Of a DNA stretch of 64,000 nt, positions 47,082 to 56,307 are shown one piece after another; the first letter of the stretch is position 1; the number at the start of each line of letters is the position of its first letter. A program made the position numbers and the translations under genes. This DNA comes from Thermomicrobiales bacterium (GTDB lineage: Bacteria; Chloroflexota; Chloroflexia; Thermomicrobiales; CFX8). The stretch is from contig JBDHWD010000004.1 in the NCBI GenBank assembly GCA_039810005.1, positions 785-64,784 of the forward strand, given 5' to 3'. The notes beneath the pieces were generated by a model. It had not been told where the DNA came from. It worked only from the letters and a program-made list of their open reading frames with translations, and made no database searches.

Positions 47082-48118
47082 GCAGCCGCCAGCTGGGTGA
47101 GATACGGCGTGATGTTGTGGCCGTTCTCGGCCAGCCAGTCATCATTGTAGTACGTGTCGAGATAGCGATCGCCCGGGTCGCCGGCGATCATCATGATTGC
47201 CCCGCTCTCGCCAGCAGCGACGAGCTCGGATGCGAGCTGCATCGCGCCATAGACGCAGGTGCCGGTCGAGCCGCCGTACTTGCGGCCGAGGTGCTGCTCC
47301 AGGAAGCGGATACCGGCATAGGATGCGGCGTTCGGCACGCGCATCATGCGGTCAACAACCTCGGGGACGAACGACGGCTCAACCCGTGGCCGGCCGATGC
47401 CCTCGACGCCGCTGCCCTTGTCGCTGCTGACGTTCGGGTCGCCGCTCTCGAAGTAATCGAGAAAAACCGAATTCTCAGGATCGACGACGCAGAGGCGCGT
47501 GTCCAGACCCTGATAGCGAATGTAGCGGCCGATGGTCGCCGAGGTGCCGCCGGTACCTGCGCCGGTCACAACCCAGCGCGGGCTCGGATGGCGCTCGTGG
47601 CTGACCTGGGCGAACATCGATTCGGCGATGTTGTTGTTGCCGCGCCAGTCGGTCGCGCGCTCGGCGAAGGTGAACTGATCCATGTTGTGGCCGCCGCACT
47701 CGTCAGCGAGGCGCTGCGCCTCGGAGTAGATCTCGGCTGGGTTATCGACGAAATGCGAGCGCCCGCCATAGAAGGCGATCTGCGCGACCTTGGCGGCGGA
47801 CGTACCGCGCGGCATGACGGCCACGAACGGCAGGCCGAGCAGGCGCGCGAAGTACGCTTCGGAAACAGCGGTGCTGCCCGACGACGCCTCGATAATCGTC
47901 GTACCCTCGGTGATCCAGCCGTTACAGAGACCGTAGAGGAAGAGCGAGCGCGCGAGCCGGTGCTTCAGGCTGCCGGTTGGATGCGTTGATTCGTCCTTGA
48001 TGTAGAGATCGACGCCGGGTGCGGCCGGCAGCTCCAGTCGCAGCAAGTGCGTATCGGCTGAGCGCTGAAAATCGCGCTCGATCTGGTTCACCGCCTCGAC
48101 AACCCAGGCTCGATTCAT
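47033..48118 (-). CDS. PLP-dependent cysteine synthase-family protein (Cds1-like L-cysteine desulfhydrase)
   Basis: [80 protein letters not shown]. Confidence 0.88.
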   Translation of the reverse strand: MNRAWVVEAVNQIERDFQRSADTHLLRLELPAAPGVDLYIKDESTHPTGSLKHRLARSLFLYGLCNGWITEGTTIIEASSGSTAVSEAYFARLLGLPFVAVMPRGTSAAKVAQIAFYGGRSHFVDNPAEIYSEAQRLADECGGHNMDQFTFAERATDWRGNNNIAESMFAQVSHERHPSPRWVVTGAGTGGTSATIGRYIRYQGLDTRLCVVDPENSVFLDYFESGDPNVSSDKGSGVEGIGRPRVEPSFVPEVVDRMMRVPNAASYAGIRFLEQHLGRKYGGSTGTCVYGAMQLASELVAAGESGAIMMIAGDPGDRYLDTYYNDDWLAENGHNITPYLTQLAAAYETGVWPSPESGTST

Positions 48119-48277
48119 TCCGCATCCCTTCCCCCGATATCCGAAATCTACCCCGCTGGTCCGGATCGTACCCGCGTCACCATGCGGAGACAATCACAGC
48201 GGCAGCAGACACGTCCGGCATTACAGCCTGAGTCCGGGGCTCGGCGGGGCGTGTTGTTGCTGAGGGGGAGCGGCTGG

Positions 48278-48970
48278 CTAAGCGTCGAGGTCGAAGAACT
48301 CGTCGTACTCAGTGACGTAGCGATCGCGAAGGTACTGGCGCGTGCGCAGCGTAATGCGGCGAACTTCGTCGATATCGAGCCCTTCCAGTTCGGCGACCTC
48401 GCGGGCCGAGCGCTCCTGGACGGTGCGCTGGAGGAAGATGGTCCGCCAGAGATCCGGCACGTCGGAAAGAATGTCGATCAGGTAGGCGAGCGTCTCGCTG
48501 TCGACGACGACCTGTTCCGGCTCACGCGCGTTCGGATCGGGGATGAGGTCGGCAACGCGAACATCTTCGCCGCCTTCGCCATCATCACCGGATGTGACCG
48601 TCTGCTCCAGCGAAATGTGCTGGCGACGCTCCTGGCCGACGCGGCGCACCTCGCGGCTGATGACATCCTGGGCGCGTGAGCGCAAGTAGGACGAGATGTC
48701 GCGCAACGGCTCGCCCTGCTCCTGCAGGCGACCGAGCGCCGACGCGACGGCCGAATCGATGACCTCGTCGCGATAGATGTCATCGTAGGAGAGCTGGCCC
48801 ATCCTGACGCGGCGGCTCAACTCGTAGACGACGTAGGACGAGAGCGGCTGCAGCAGCTCGGACGGACGCTCGCGAAGCTGTGCGATCTGCTCCCGCACTC
48901 GGCGCTCACGTTCCAACGGGTGCAGCTTCTGGCCCGATGATGATTGTTGATCGTACCCCGCTGTTGACAT
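48278..48970 (-). CDS. Sigma-70 family (ECF-like) factor with degenerate region 2
   Basis: C-terminal region-4 HTH (VPDLWRTIFLQR...SAREVAELEGLDIDEVRRITLRTRQYLR); ISLEQ...VADLIPDP linker. Confidence 0.7.
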   Translation of the reverse strand: MSTAGYDQQSSSGQKLHPLERERRVREQIAQLRERPSELLQPLSSYVVYELSRRVRMGQLSYDDIYRDEVIDSAVASALGRLQEQGEPLRDISSYLRSRAQDVISREVRRVGQERRQHISLEQTVTSGDDGEGGEDVRVADLIPDPNAREPEQVVVDSETLAYLIDILSDVPDLWRTIFLQRTVQERSAREVAELEGLDIDEVRRITLRTRQYLRDRYVTEYDEFFDLDA

Positions 48971-49094
48971 GATCCCCCGACAATGACGAAGCGCCAGATG
49001 CGCCGCGTCGACACAAACCGATAACTACCGTATTGACTGATTGTAGTGGAGTCGGCAAGGGGGTTGCTATGGCTCGCGGCACTGCCGGAGCACA

Positions 49095-49544
49095 TCAGGG
49101 ATCCGTCTCGGTTGGCTCGATGTGGACCGTCGGGACCTGCGACCAGTCGAACTCGCGCAGCCGCTCGCGCCCGAGCGCCACGACGTCATCGAGGCAGCGC
49201 TGCGCCTCCTCTGCCAGGCGCGAGGTGTCAATAGACAGGCAAGTTGGCTCAAAGCGCCGGACCTTGTCGATGCCGGATGAGAGCAGCGAGACTGCGCCGC
49301 GGTGGTTGTTGTTGCGCAGATGGTGGAAGCCGACGCCGATCTGGAGGATGCCCTGATAGAGATAGCGGAGCGGGTCGCTCTCGGCACGCCAGATGTCTTC
49401 CAGCACCTCGTGGCACTCGAAGAACTCACCGTCGTTGAACAGGCGAATGCCCTCACGAAGGCCGGCTGATGGCTGCTCGCCGCAGCGTGGATTGGGGCGG
49501 TCGACGATGCCGGATGCAACGATCCGCCGCCAGGCTTCACCCAC
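49095..49544 (-). CDS. DUF309 domain protein
   Basis: GIRLFNDGEFFECHEVLEDIW, YQGILQIGVGFHH, GA; GGAGG SD before GTG. Confidence 0.9.
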   Translation of the reverse strand: MGEAWRRIVASGIVDRPNPRCGEQPSAGLREGIRLFNDGEFFECHEVLEDIWRAESDPLRYLYQGILQIGVGFHHLRNNNHRGAVSLLSSGIDKVRRFEPTCLSIDTSRLAEEAQRCLDDVVALGRERLREFDWSQVPTVHIEPTETDP

Positions 49545-49713
49545 GCACTGCCTCCATTCGGACTCGCGGCGATCTGCGCCGGGTCATGCACATGTCCCGG
49601 TGGCACAGCGATTGTACGTCTGGCGGATGGCAGCGTTGACATGAGTGCCGCTGAATGGCGCAGGCTCGTGTTACAACAACCCGGTAACTCGTGCGGGCTG
49701 AGCGGGTGGCAGG

Positions 49714-51078
49714 ATGTCGCAGGATCACACACAACATGTCACCAGTGTCACCGACATCGGTAGTGCTCCCAGCCAGGGCCGGGAAGACTTCCGGCTGCTC
49801 GACAACGACGCGTTTCGAGCCTGGTGGTTCTCGCGGCTCGTCGCGCAGACCGCACAGGCCGCGCTGCTCTATGGCCTGCTGATCCTGATCGTCGATCAGA
49901 CGAATCGCAGCATCTACGCGTCGCTCTTCGTTGTCTGCTCGATCGTCCCATCCTTGCTGTTCGGCCTGATCGGTGGCTGGGCGGCCGACCGCCTGCCGCA
50001 GCGGGCGCTGCTGACGACGCTGAACGTCTTGCGCGCGCTCGTTGTCATCCCGCTCGTTCGCGAGCCGGACAACCTGTTTGTGCTCTTTGCTGTCACCATC
50101 GGCATCTGGACGCTCCATCAATTCTATTCGCCCGGTGAGGCCGCCGTGATGGCGCGCATCCTTCCGGAGAGTCGTCTTGCCGACGGCACCTCGATGGGGA
50201 ATCTGGCACTGACGCTCGCGCAGGTCGCGGGCATGGTGATTCTCGCGCCGCTGCTGCTGCGCCTGCCGGATGCGCGACCGTTCGTCGCCATCTGCGCGGC
50301 CGGCTACGCGGTTGCTGCGATCTTCATGCTCGATATCGGTCGGTTGCGGCCGCGTGAGAGCGCCGGTCGAACAATCCCGTTCAATCTGCGGCGCGGCTGG
50401 GAGATCGCGACGAGCTCCGGTCGCGCGTTCAACGCCTTCGCCGATGCCGTGCTGATCGCGGTCGGGCTGAGCTCATTGCTGGCGATCGTGCCGGCCTATC
50501 TTGAGAACGTGCTGAATACCGGCGCAAACAACACGGTCTTCGTGTTCGCGCCAGCTGTCATCGGATTGGTTGTCGGCCTGCGGATCGCCCCGCCGCTGGG
50601 GCGCTGGCTGGGCCACGGACGCATCGCCATCGCGGCGACGATCTGCTTCGCGTTCTCTGCGGCTGCGTTTGGCGCGATCGATTCAGTGGCGCGGCTGATC
50701 GACACGGCAGGAATTCCGCTCGCATCAGTCGCGGATCAGCTCGGGCTGCCAACGCGAACGGCCGCGACGATGCTGGTGTCGATTCCGGCCGGGTTCTTCT
50801 CGGCGATCGTCAATGTCGCCGCCCGCGCCGTGCTGCTGGAGGTCGCTCCTGACGATGCGCGCGGTCAGGTCTTCGCCATGCAGGGTGTGATCGGCAACGC
50901 CGGCGCACTCATCCCGACGCTGCTGGCCGGTATTGCCGTCGACTTGCTCGGCGCACGACCGGTTGCCATCGTGCTCGCGCTGTCGCTGCTGGTCGCAACG
51001 ATTGCCGCAATCCGCTATGCGCGCGCATTGCCAGTCGAGACAAAGGATGCCGGCGCGTCCGTGCCGTCCGGCCCCTGA
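49714..51078 (+). CDS. MFS transporter
   Basis: About 12 hydrophobic segments; motif A GGWAADRLPQR; RGQVFA. Confidence 0.9.
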   Translation: MSQDHTQHVTSVTDIGSAPSQGREDFRLLDNDAFRAWWFSRLVAQTAQAALLYGLLILIVDQTNRSIYASLFVVCSIVPSLLFGLIGGWAADRLPQRALLTTLNVLRALVVIPLVREPDNLFVLFAVTIGIWTLHQFYSPGEAAVMARILPESRLADGTSMGNLALTLAQVAGMVILAPLLLRLPDARPFVAICAAGYAVAAIFMLDIGRLRPRESAGRTIPFNLRRGWEIATSSGRAFNAFADAVLIAVGLSSLLAIVPAYLENVLNTGANNTVFVFAPAVIGLVVGLRIAPPLGRWLGHGRIAIAATICFAFSAAAFGAIDSVARLIDTAGIPLASVADQLGLPTRTAATMLVSIPAGFFSAIVNVAARAVLLEVAPDDARGQVFAMQGVIGNAGALIPTLLAGIAVDLLGARPVAIVLALSLLVATIAAIRYARALPVETKDAGASVPSGP

Positions 51079-51161
51079 GTACGCGATGACTTCACAGACG
51101 CGCCCGGGGCGTGTAGTCTGCTCCTGCCGGGAGCGCGTGAGCCGAGAGGACAGGTCTGACA

Positions 51162-52325
51162 ATGAGTGACAGCGCTGAGCGAATCAGGCATGAGCAGTTG
51201 CGGGGCACCTGGGCCATGCAGGCCGAGGCCGAGATGGACAGCACCGCCGACAAAGAGCGCCAGCAAATGCTGCTCGAATACGGTCTGCCATCAGCAGAGA
51301 GCATCCGCGACCGGACCATGCCGCTCTTCACGCGCGGCCGTTGGCGGTTCAATTCCGGCAGCTTCATGAACGGCGAACATCTGGAGGACATGCGCAGGCT
51401 CGGCGGCCAGGATGTCGTCATCATGGGCGCGCCATATGACGGAGGCACAACGTTCCGTCCCGGCACGCGCTTCGGCCCGCAGGCGATGCGCCGCATCTCA
51501 GCGCTGGCCAGTGGCTACAATCCCGAGCGCGGCGTCGACCTGAACCGGGCGTTGAACATCGTCGACGCCGGCGACATCAACGTCGTCCCGTCGAACCTGG
51601 AGAAATCGTTCGACCAGATCGCCAAGGCCGTGTCCTACGCGGCGGAGCGCGAAGTCTTTCCGGTCATCCTCGGCGGCGACCACGCCATTGGCTACCCGGA
51701 CGTCCGCGGGCTCGCGCCATTCATCGATGGCAACATCGGCATCATCCACTTCGACCGCCACTCCGACCTCTCGGAATACGGGATGGACGAGCGCATGCAT
51801 GGCTCGCCCTTCTTCCATGCGACGAACATCCCCAACGCGCCGGCGGCGAACCTCGTCCAGATCGGTATCGGCGGCTGGACCGGATCGCGCGAGGGGCTCA
51901 AGGTCGCGCGCGAGCGCGAAGCGACAGTCATCACCATCGATGATGTCGATCGTTACGGCACGGACCGCGTCGTCGAGTACGCGCTGGAGATTGCCTGGCG
52001 CAACGCGAAGGCGGTCTGGATCTCGTTCGATGTTGACTCGGTCGATCCGGCCTATGCACCGGGCACCGGCACGCCGATGCCGGGCGGGTTGCTGCCGCGC
52101 GAGGCGCTGAAGATGATCCGCGACATCGCCGGCGAAGGGCTGGTCGGGATGGAAGTCGTTGAGGTTTCGCCGCCCTACGATGTCTCCGACAACACGGCGC
52201 TGCTCGGCGTGCATGCCATTCTCGATTGCCTGGCGGCGATGGTCATGTCCGGCAAGCTCGGGCGACGACCAACGGCCGAGCGCGACGAGAATCCAGCAGC
52301 GTCGGACGACGAAACCCGCGCCTGA
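51162..52325 (+). CDS. Ureohydrolase (agmatinase/arginase family), guanidine hydrolase GdmH-like
   Basis: Metal ligands GGDH, DRHSD, FDVDSVD; RPGTRFGP, EVSPPYD; N-terminal extension YGLPSAESIRDRTMPLFTRG as in GdmH-type enzymes. Confidence 0.9.
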   Translation: MSDSAERIRHEQLRGTWAMQAEAEMDSTADKERQQMLLEYGLPSAESIRDRTMPLFTRGRWRFNSGSFMNGEHLEDMRRLGGQDVVIMGAPYDGGTTFRPGTRFGPQAMRRISALASGYNPERGVDLNRALNIVDAGDINVVPSNLEKSFDQIAKAVSYAAEREVFPVILGGDHAIGYPDVRGLAPFIDGNIGIIHFDRHSDLSEYGMDERMHGSPFFHATNIPNAPAANLVQIGIGGWTGSREGLKVAREREATVITIDDVDRYGTDRVVEYALEIAWRNAKAVWISFDVDSVDPAYAPGTGTPMPGGLLPREALKMIRDIAGEGLVGMEVVEVSPPYDVSDNTALLGVHAILDCLAAMVMSGKLGRRPTAERDENPAASDDETRA

Positions 52326-52354
52326 CAGACGCACCACTCCCCAGCCATTGACTT

Positions 52355-52383
52355 GCGTGTCACGAGGCGAACTCGTGATGCGC
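52355..52383 (+). terminator. Hairpin downstream of the ureohydrolase gene
   Basis: GCGTGTCACGAG-gcgaa-CTCGTGATGCGC (two G-U pairs). Confidence 0.5.
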
Positions 52384-52609
52384 CTCACCGTTCCCTCCGG
52401 ACACGGGATATTACGCGGCGGCATTGCGTGATGAATGCATCACAATTGGCTCACAATGCGTCACGAGAGTGCAGATTCTTGCCTCAGAGTCACGCTTGTC
52501 GTGTTATAGAGTTCCGTGTTACGCTGCTGCGCATCGAGAGCGTTGCCAATCTTGCAATCATCGGTGTGCACCTCGTTACGTTTTGGGGAAGCGGAGAAAT
52601 GAGGATCGC

Positions 52610-53851
52610 ATGGGGGATCGGTATGTGCGACCTCGGCGCGGATTGTTCGTCGCCGCGGTTGTATTGCTGCTAACCACGTTTATTGGCGGATCGGCCGCAG
52701 CTGAGGATGCTCCGGTCGGTGAGCCTGCACCACAGCACGTCCACGATGTCGATCAGCACCAGCATCTTGGTGGCGCGACGTGGCGCGTCTATGGCTACCA
52801 GGAGGGACTGGTTGGCTATACGACGGCGAATGGCCACGTCATTCAGCCGAACGACCACTTCGTCGCGCTACCGTGCTTCTGCGTGCTTTCGAGCCAGGGC
52901 GGGGACGAGTTCCAGGTCAAGCTCGAATACAACGGCAAGACGGTGATCGCGCCGGTCTGGGACGTCGGCCCGTGGAACGTGGACGACAACTACTGGGACC
53001 CGCAGAGCGAGCGCAAGTATTCATCGCTTCCGCAGGGCTACCCCGAGGCAGCGGCTGCCTACTATGCCGGGTTCAACGGTGGTACGGATGGCTGGGGCCG
53101 CACCGTGCTTTCGCCGGGCGGCATTGACATTGCCGATGGGACGTTTGCCGAGTTGGGCATGAAGGGCTCGGACTGGGTCAACGTCACCTTCCTGTGGCTT
53201 GAGCAGGAGCATTGGGAACTGCCGGCGCCGGCAGTCGGCTTCTCGGATATTGCGACTGTCTGGTGGGATCAGCGTCCGCCGCTCGACTGGGCGACGCAGA
53301 AGACGGATGGCCGCTTCGCCTGGTTCGACATTACTGGCCATAACGTCCCGAACCAGATCAACGACTACTGGTGGGCAAACGGTGGCTGGCGCCGCTTCGG
53401 ACTCCCGATCAGCGAGTTCTTCCGTGAAGTGAGCATGGATGGCACTGTCCGCTACGTGCAGTACTTTGAGCGCTCGATCATCGCGCTTGATCCATCGACC
53501 GGGGAAGTGTCGCTGACACCAATCGGCTATCGCGCACACGTCGATTATCGCGCCAGCCTGCCGATCGATCCGTTCATCGAAACGTCTTCGGCGCTCTACT
53601 TCGACGAGACGCAACACTCGCTGCAGAACGGGTTCAAGGCGTACTGGGAGATGAATGGCGGCTACGCGACTTTCGGCGCGCCGATCTCTGAAGAGTGGAG
53701 CGACACAACGCCAGACGGGCGCAAGGTCGTCATGCAAATGTTTGAGTACGCGCGCTTCGAGTGGTGGCCGGATCGCATCGGCACCGACGAAGAAATCACC
53801 CGCGGCCTGCTGACGGTTGAGCTCATGCACGACCTGGGCTGGGTCGAATAG
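52610..53851 (+). CDS. Secreted protein: RlpA/barwin-like double-psi beta-barrel-like domain plus two Chloroflexi-type surface repeats
   Basis: Signal peptide ending SAAA-E; TTANGH...HFVALP...APVWDVGPWN...GIDIADGTF..LG...V.VTFLW; C-terminal WFDITGH...FGLPISE...QYFER and YFDETQH...FGAPISE...QMFEYARFE. Confidence 0.75.
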   Translation: MGDRYVRPRRGLFVAAVVLLLTTFIGGSAAAEDAPVGEPAPQHVHDVDQHQHLGGATWRVYGYQEGLVGYTTANGHVIQPNDHFVALPCFCVLSSQGGDEFQVKLEYNGKTVIAPVWDVGPWNVDDNYWDPQSERKYSSLPQGYPEAAAAYYAGFNGGTDGWGRTVLSPGGIDIADGTFAELGMKGSDWVNVTFLWLEQEHWELPAPAVGFSDIATVWWDQRPPLDWATQKTDGRFAWFDITGHNVPNQINDYWWANGGWRRFGLPISEFFREVSMDGTVRYVQYFERSIIALDPSTGEVSLTPIGYRAHVDYRASLPIDPFIETSSALYFDETQHSLQNGFKAYWEMNGGYATFGAPISEEWSDTTPDGRKVVMQMFEYARFEWWPDRIGTDEEITRGLLTVELMHDLGWVE

Positions 53852-53876
53852 CACGCACATCGAACCACAAGCGCAG

Positions 53877-53906
53877 GAAGCGACAGGCGATATCGCCTGC
53901 CGCTTC
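53877..53906 (+). terminator. Intrinsic terminator-like hairpin
   Basis: GAAGCG-a-CAGGCGA-ta-TCGCCTG-c-CGCTTC, 25 nt after the stop. Confidence 0.6.
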
Positions 53907-54031
53907 TCGTGGTTACCAGCCTGACATTATCCGTTGGTACCTTTTCTGCGAAAGTGGATTCAAATAGTAGCGAGGAGAGGTTGGTAGAACTGCTACACTA
54001 GCAGTGTGCTCCACATCTCATTGCGACGTGC

Positions 54032-54610
54032 ATGTACATGACTGGAAAGCTGGCATCGCAGATGCACTGGCATCGAGGCCCGTACGAGCTGTATCGCTAT
54101 TCACGGCTGCGGGATCGCGCGGGAGAGCCGTTCACACCGAACATCCCGACGATCGTTTCCGAGCGCCCGGCGCTGACCGGCGCGGCGCTGAGTGTGCTGG
54201 GTATCCTCGGCACCTGGCTCATCGTTTCGCAGATGGCAACCTGGCCAAACTGGACGCTGTTCCCGAGCATGATGCTCGCCATGCTGTCCCTGCTGGCCAT
54301 GATGCTGGGCTTCGTGCTGTTGACAATCCGCTGGCTGGAGCCGGTTATCTCACGCATGGACCTGAACTGGGATGCCGAGCCGGTTGGATCGCTGGGGCTG
54401 CCACCGGCGCTACAGACCAAGCTGGAGACGCTGGGATTCTGGTCGGCAGACGATGTCTGCCGCGCTGTAGATGACGGCAAGTTCCCGTGGTTGAGCCTTG
54501 AGCTCACCGAACGTCGCGTCCTCCAGAGTGCCGTCGCCTTTCGCTCTGTGAAAGCCACTGACACGCCGTCTTCAGGAAAACGCCGCCGACCACGAGTAAG
54601 CCGCACCTAG
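54032..54610 (+). CDS. Hypothetical 2-TM membrane protein with C-terminal alpha-CTD/SAM-like helical domain
   Basis: Two hydrophobic helices followed by EPVGSLGLPPALQTKLETLGFWSADDV. Start uncertain (54032, 54038 or 54062). Confidence 0.65.
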   Translation: MYMTGKLASQMHWHRGPYELYRYSRLRDRAGEPFTPNIPTIVSERPALTGAALSVLGILGTWLIVSQMATWPNWTLFPSMMLAMLSLLAMMLGFVLLTIRWLEPVISRMDLNWDAEPVGSLGLPPALQTKLETLGFWSADDVCRAVDDGKFPWLSLELTERRVLQSAVAFRSVKATDTPSSGKRRRPRVSRT

Positions 54611-54680
54611 GAGTTGGAGGCCGACAGATGGGCGACCGAGTGTCGCTGCAGGTCGTCTCTGAGAAATCGCAAACCCGCGC

Positions 54681-55832
54681 ATGAGACGTCTCATACTGAT
54701 CATCATCGTAATCGCCGCAGCGATCGCCCTGTCCAGGCTGGTCGATTTTTCGACGTTCTGGGAAGCAATTCGTGGCGTACCCACGACGACGCTAATCGCG
54801 GTCATCGCGCTGATGACAGTGTCGGCGATCGTCAAGGCGGTGCGCTGGGCGTATTACCTGCGGGCAGCGAAGCTGAACATCTCCTGGAAAGACGGGATGA
54901 CGAGCTACCTGGCCGGCATGTCGGCCGGCGCGCTGCCGGGCGGCTCATGGCTGCCTGCACGGTTGGCGCAGGAGCACGGCAACGTTTACATGCGCGAGGC
55001 GGCCTCGGGGCTGTTCGTCGGATTCGTCGCCGATACGCTGGGGATTTCGCTGGTCGCCTATTCGGCGATGCTGCTGGTGCATCAACCCGGCGGACGGTTC
55101 ATTCTCCCAATCTCGGGACTCGTTATTGCGGCAACGCTGATTGCGATGGGGCGTTCACGGCGCGTCTGGGCGACGATCGCCCGGTTGCTTGCTAAGACAC
55201 GCCTGACGCGCCGGTGGGTGCCGAAGGAGGCCGATATACAGCTTCGCGTGTCGGCGCTCATGCGCGCGCCGGTCATCTCCCGAGGTGTCGCGTTCAGCGT
55301 GACAACGACGACACTCGCGGCGGCGATGTTCTTCGCGCTGGCGAATGCGCTTACGTTCTCGGGCGTAAGTCCGAAGGAAGCGCTGTTTGTGCATTCTGTT
55401 TCTGAGTCTGCCGCGCTAGTGTTACCGGTCCCCGGAGGCTACGGAGTCAGTGATTCGTCAATGGCGGGGCTGATGGGGTCGCTCGGCATCGGCTGGGTGC
55501 GTGCGACGTTCGTGATTCTCGCAATTCGCTCGTTCGATCTTCTGTTCAAAACGATCGTCGGCTCGGCGATGCTTCTGCTGTTCTATCACCGAATGCTGCT
55601 CCGTATCCTCAAGGTGCGCCAGCGAGCGAGTGTGGCCTGGAGCTTCGGCATGCGGATGACCTGGCAGGGTCTGCGCGTCACCGGCATCGCCGCGATCCTG
55701 CGAATCACCGATTCACAACGATCAATATCACACCCCGCACCTGGCGCATCTCAGGTGCATCTGCGTCCGCGACACGTTCAGCCAGCCCCAATCGATGGTC
55801 TGGACGACGCGTCGGCCCACCACGACGACTGA
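54681..55832 (+). CDS. Lysylphosphatidylglycerol synthase TM (flippase-like, UPF0104) family membrane protein
   Basis: KAVRWAYYL, YLAGMSAGALPGG, LPVPGGYGVSD, IRSFDL; multi-TM. Confidence 0.85.
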   Translation: MRRLILIIIVIAAAIALSRLVDFSTFWEAIRGVPTTTLIAVIALMTVSAIVKAVRWAYYLRAAKLNISWKDGMTSYLAGMSAGALPGGSWLPARLAQEHGNVYMREAASGLFVGFVADTLGISLVAYSAMLLVHQPGGRFILPISGLVIAATLIAMGRSRRVWATIARLLAKTRLTRRWVPKEADIQLRVSALMRAPVISRGVAFSVTTTTLAAAMFFALANALTFSGVSPKEALFVHSVSESAALVLPVPGGYGVSDSSMAGLMGSLGIGWVRATFVILAIRSFDLLFKTIVGSAMLLLFYHRMLLRILKVRQRASVAWSFGMRMTWQGLRVTGIAAILRITDSQRSISHPAPGASQVHLRPRHVQPAPIDGLDDASAHHDD

Positions 55833-55850
55833 GGCTCAGCTGATCGGGTT

Positions 55851-56162
55851 CTACTTCGCGGAGCCGAGGGCACGCAGGCGCATCGGTGCGGCGGGGGTGC
55901 AGCACGCCAGAAGATCCGCAAGCTGAATCGAGCCCAGGACAGTGCCAGAGATCTCACGATCAGAATGCACAACGTACTGATTGTTGCGTCCCACGCGACG
56001 ACGGCTGATGTAGCCGGCCTCGTCGAGATCCCGAATCAAGCGCTGCGTTGCGCGCTCGGTGATACCGACTGCCTCGGCAATCCGCCGAGCCGTGCTGCTT
56101 GGGTATTGAGAGATGTACATCAGCACGCGTGCATGGTTCGTCAGGAATAACCATTCACTCAT
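55851..56162 (-). CDS. Winged helix-turn-helix transcriptional regulator (MarR/AsnC-like)
   Basis: WLFLTNHARVL, IAEAVGITERATQRLIRDLDEAGYISRRRVGRNNQY. Confidence 0.9.
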   Translation of the reverse strand: MSEWLFLTNHARVLMYISQYPSSTARRIAEAVGITERATQRLIRDLDEAGYISRRRVGRNNQYVVHSDREISGTVLGSIQLADLLACCTPAAPMRLRALGSAK

Positions 56163-56307
56163 GGGTCCTCGCATTCGCTACACATCCTCCGTCCTCCACC
56201 GTCACTGACCGAGAGATCAGGACAGGTGGGACGCGATATGCAAGTGCCGTTCCATCGGGTTTGGGGACATCTGGTCAGGCGCGGAAACTGTCCGTACTAT
56301 TCGCGGC

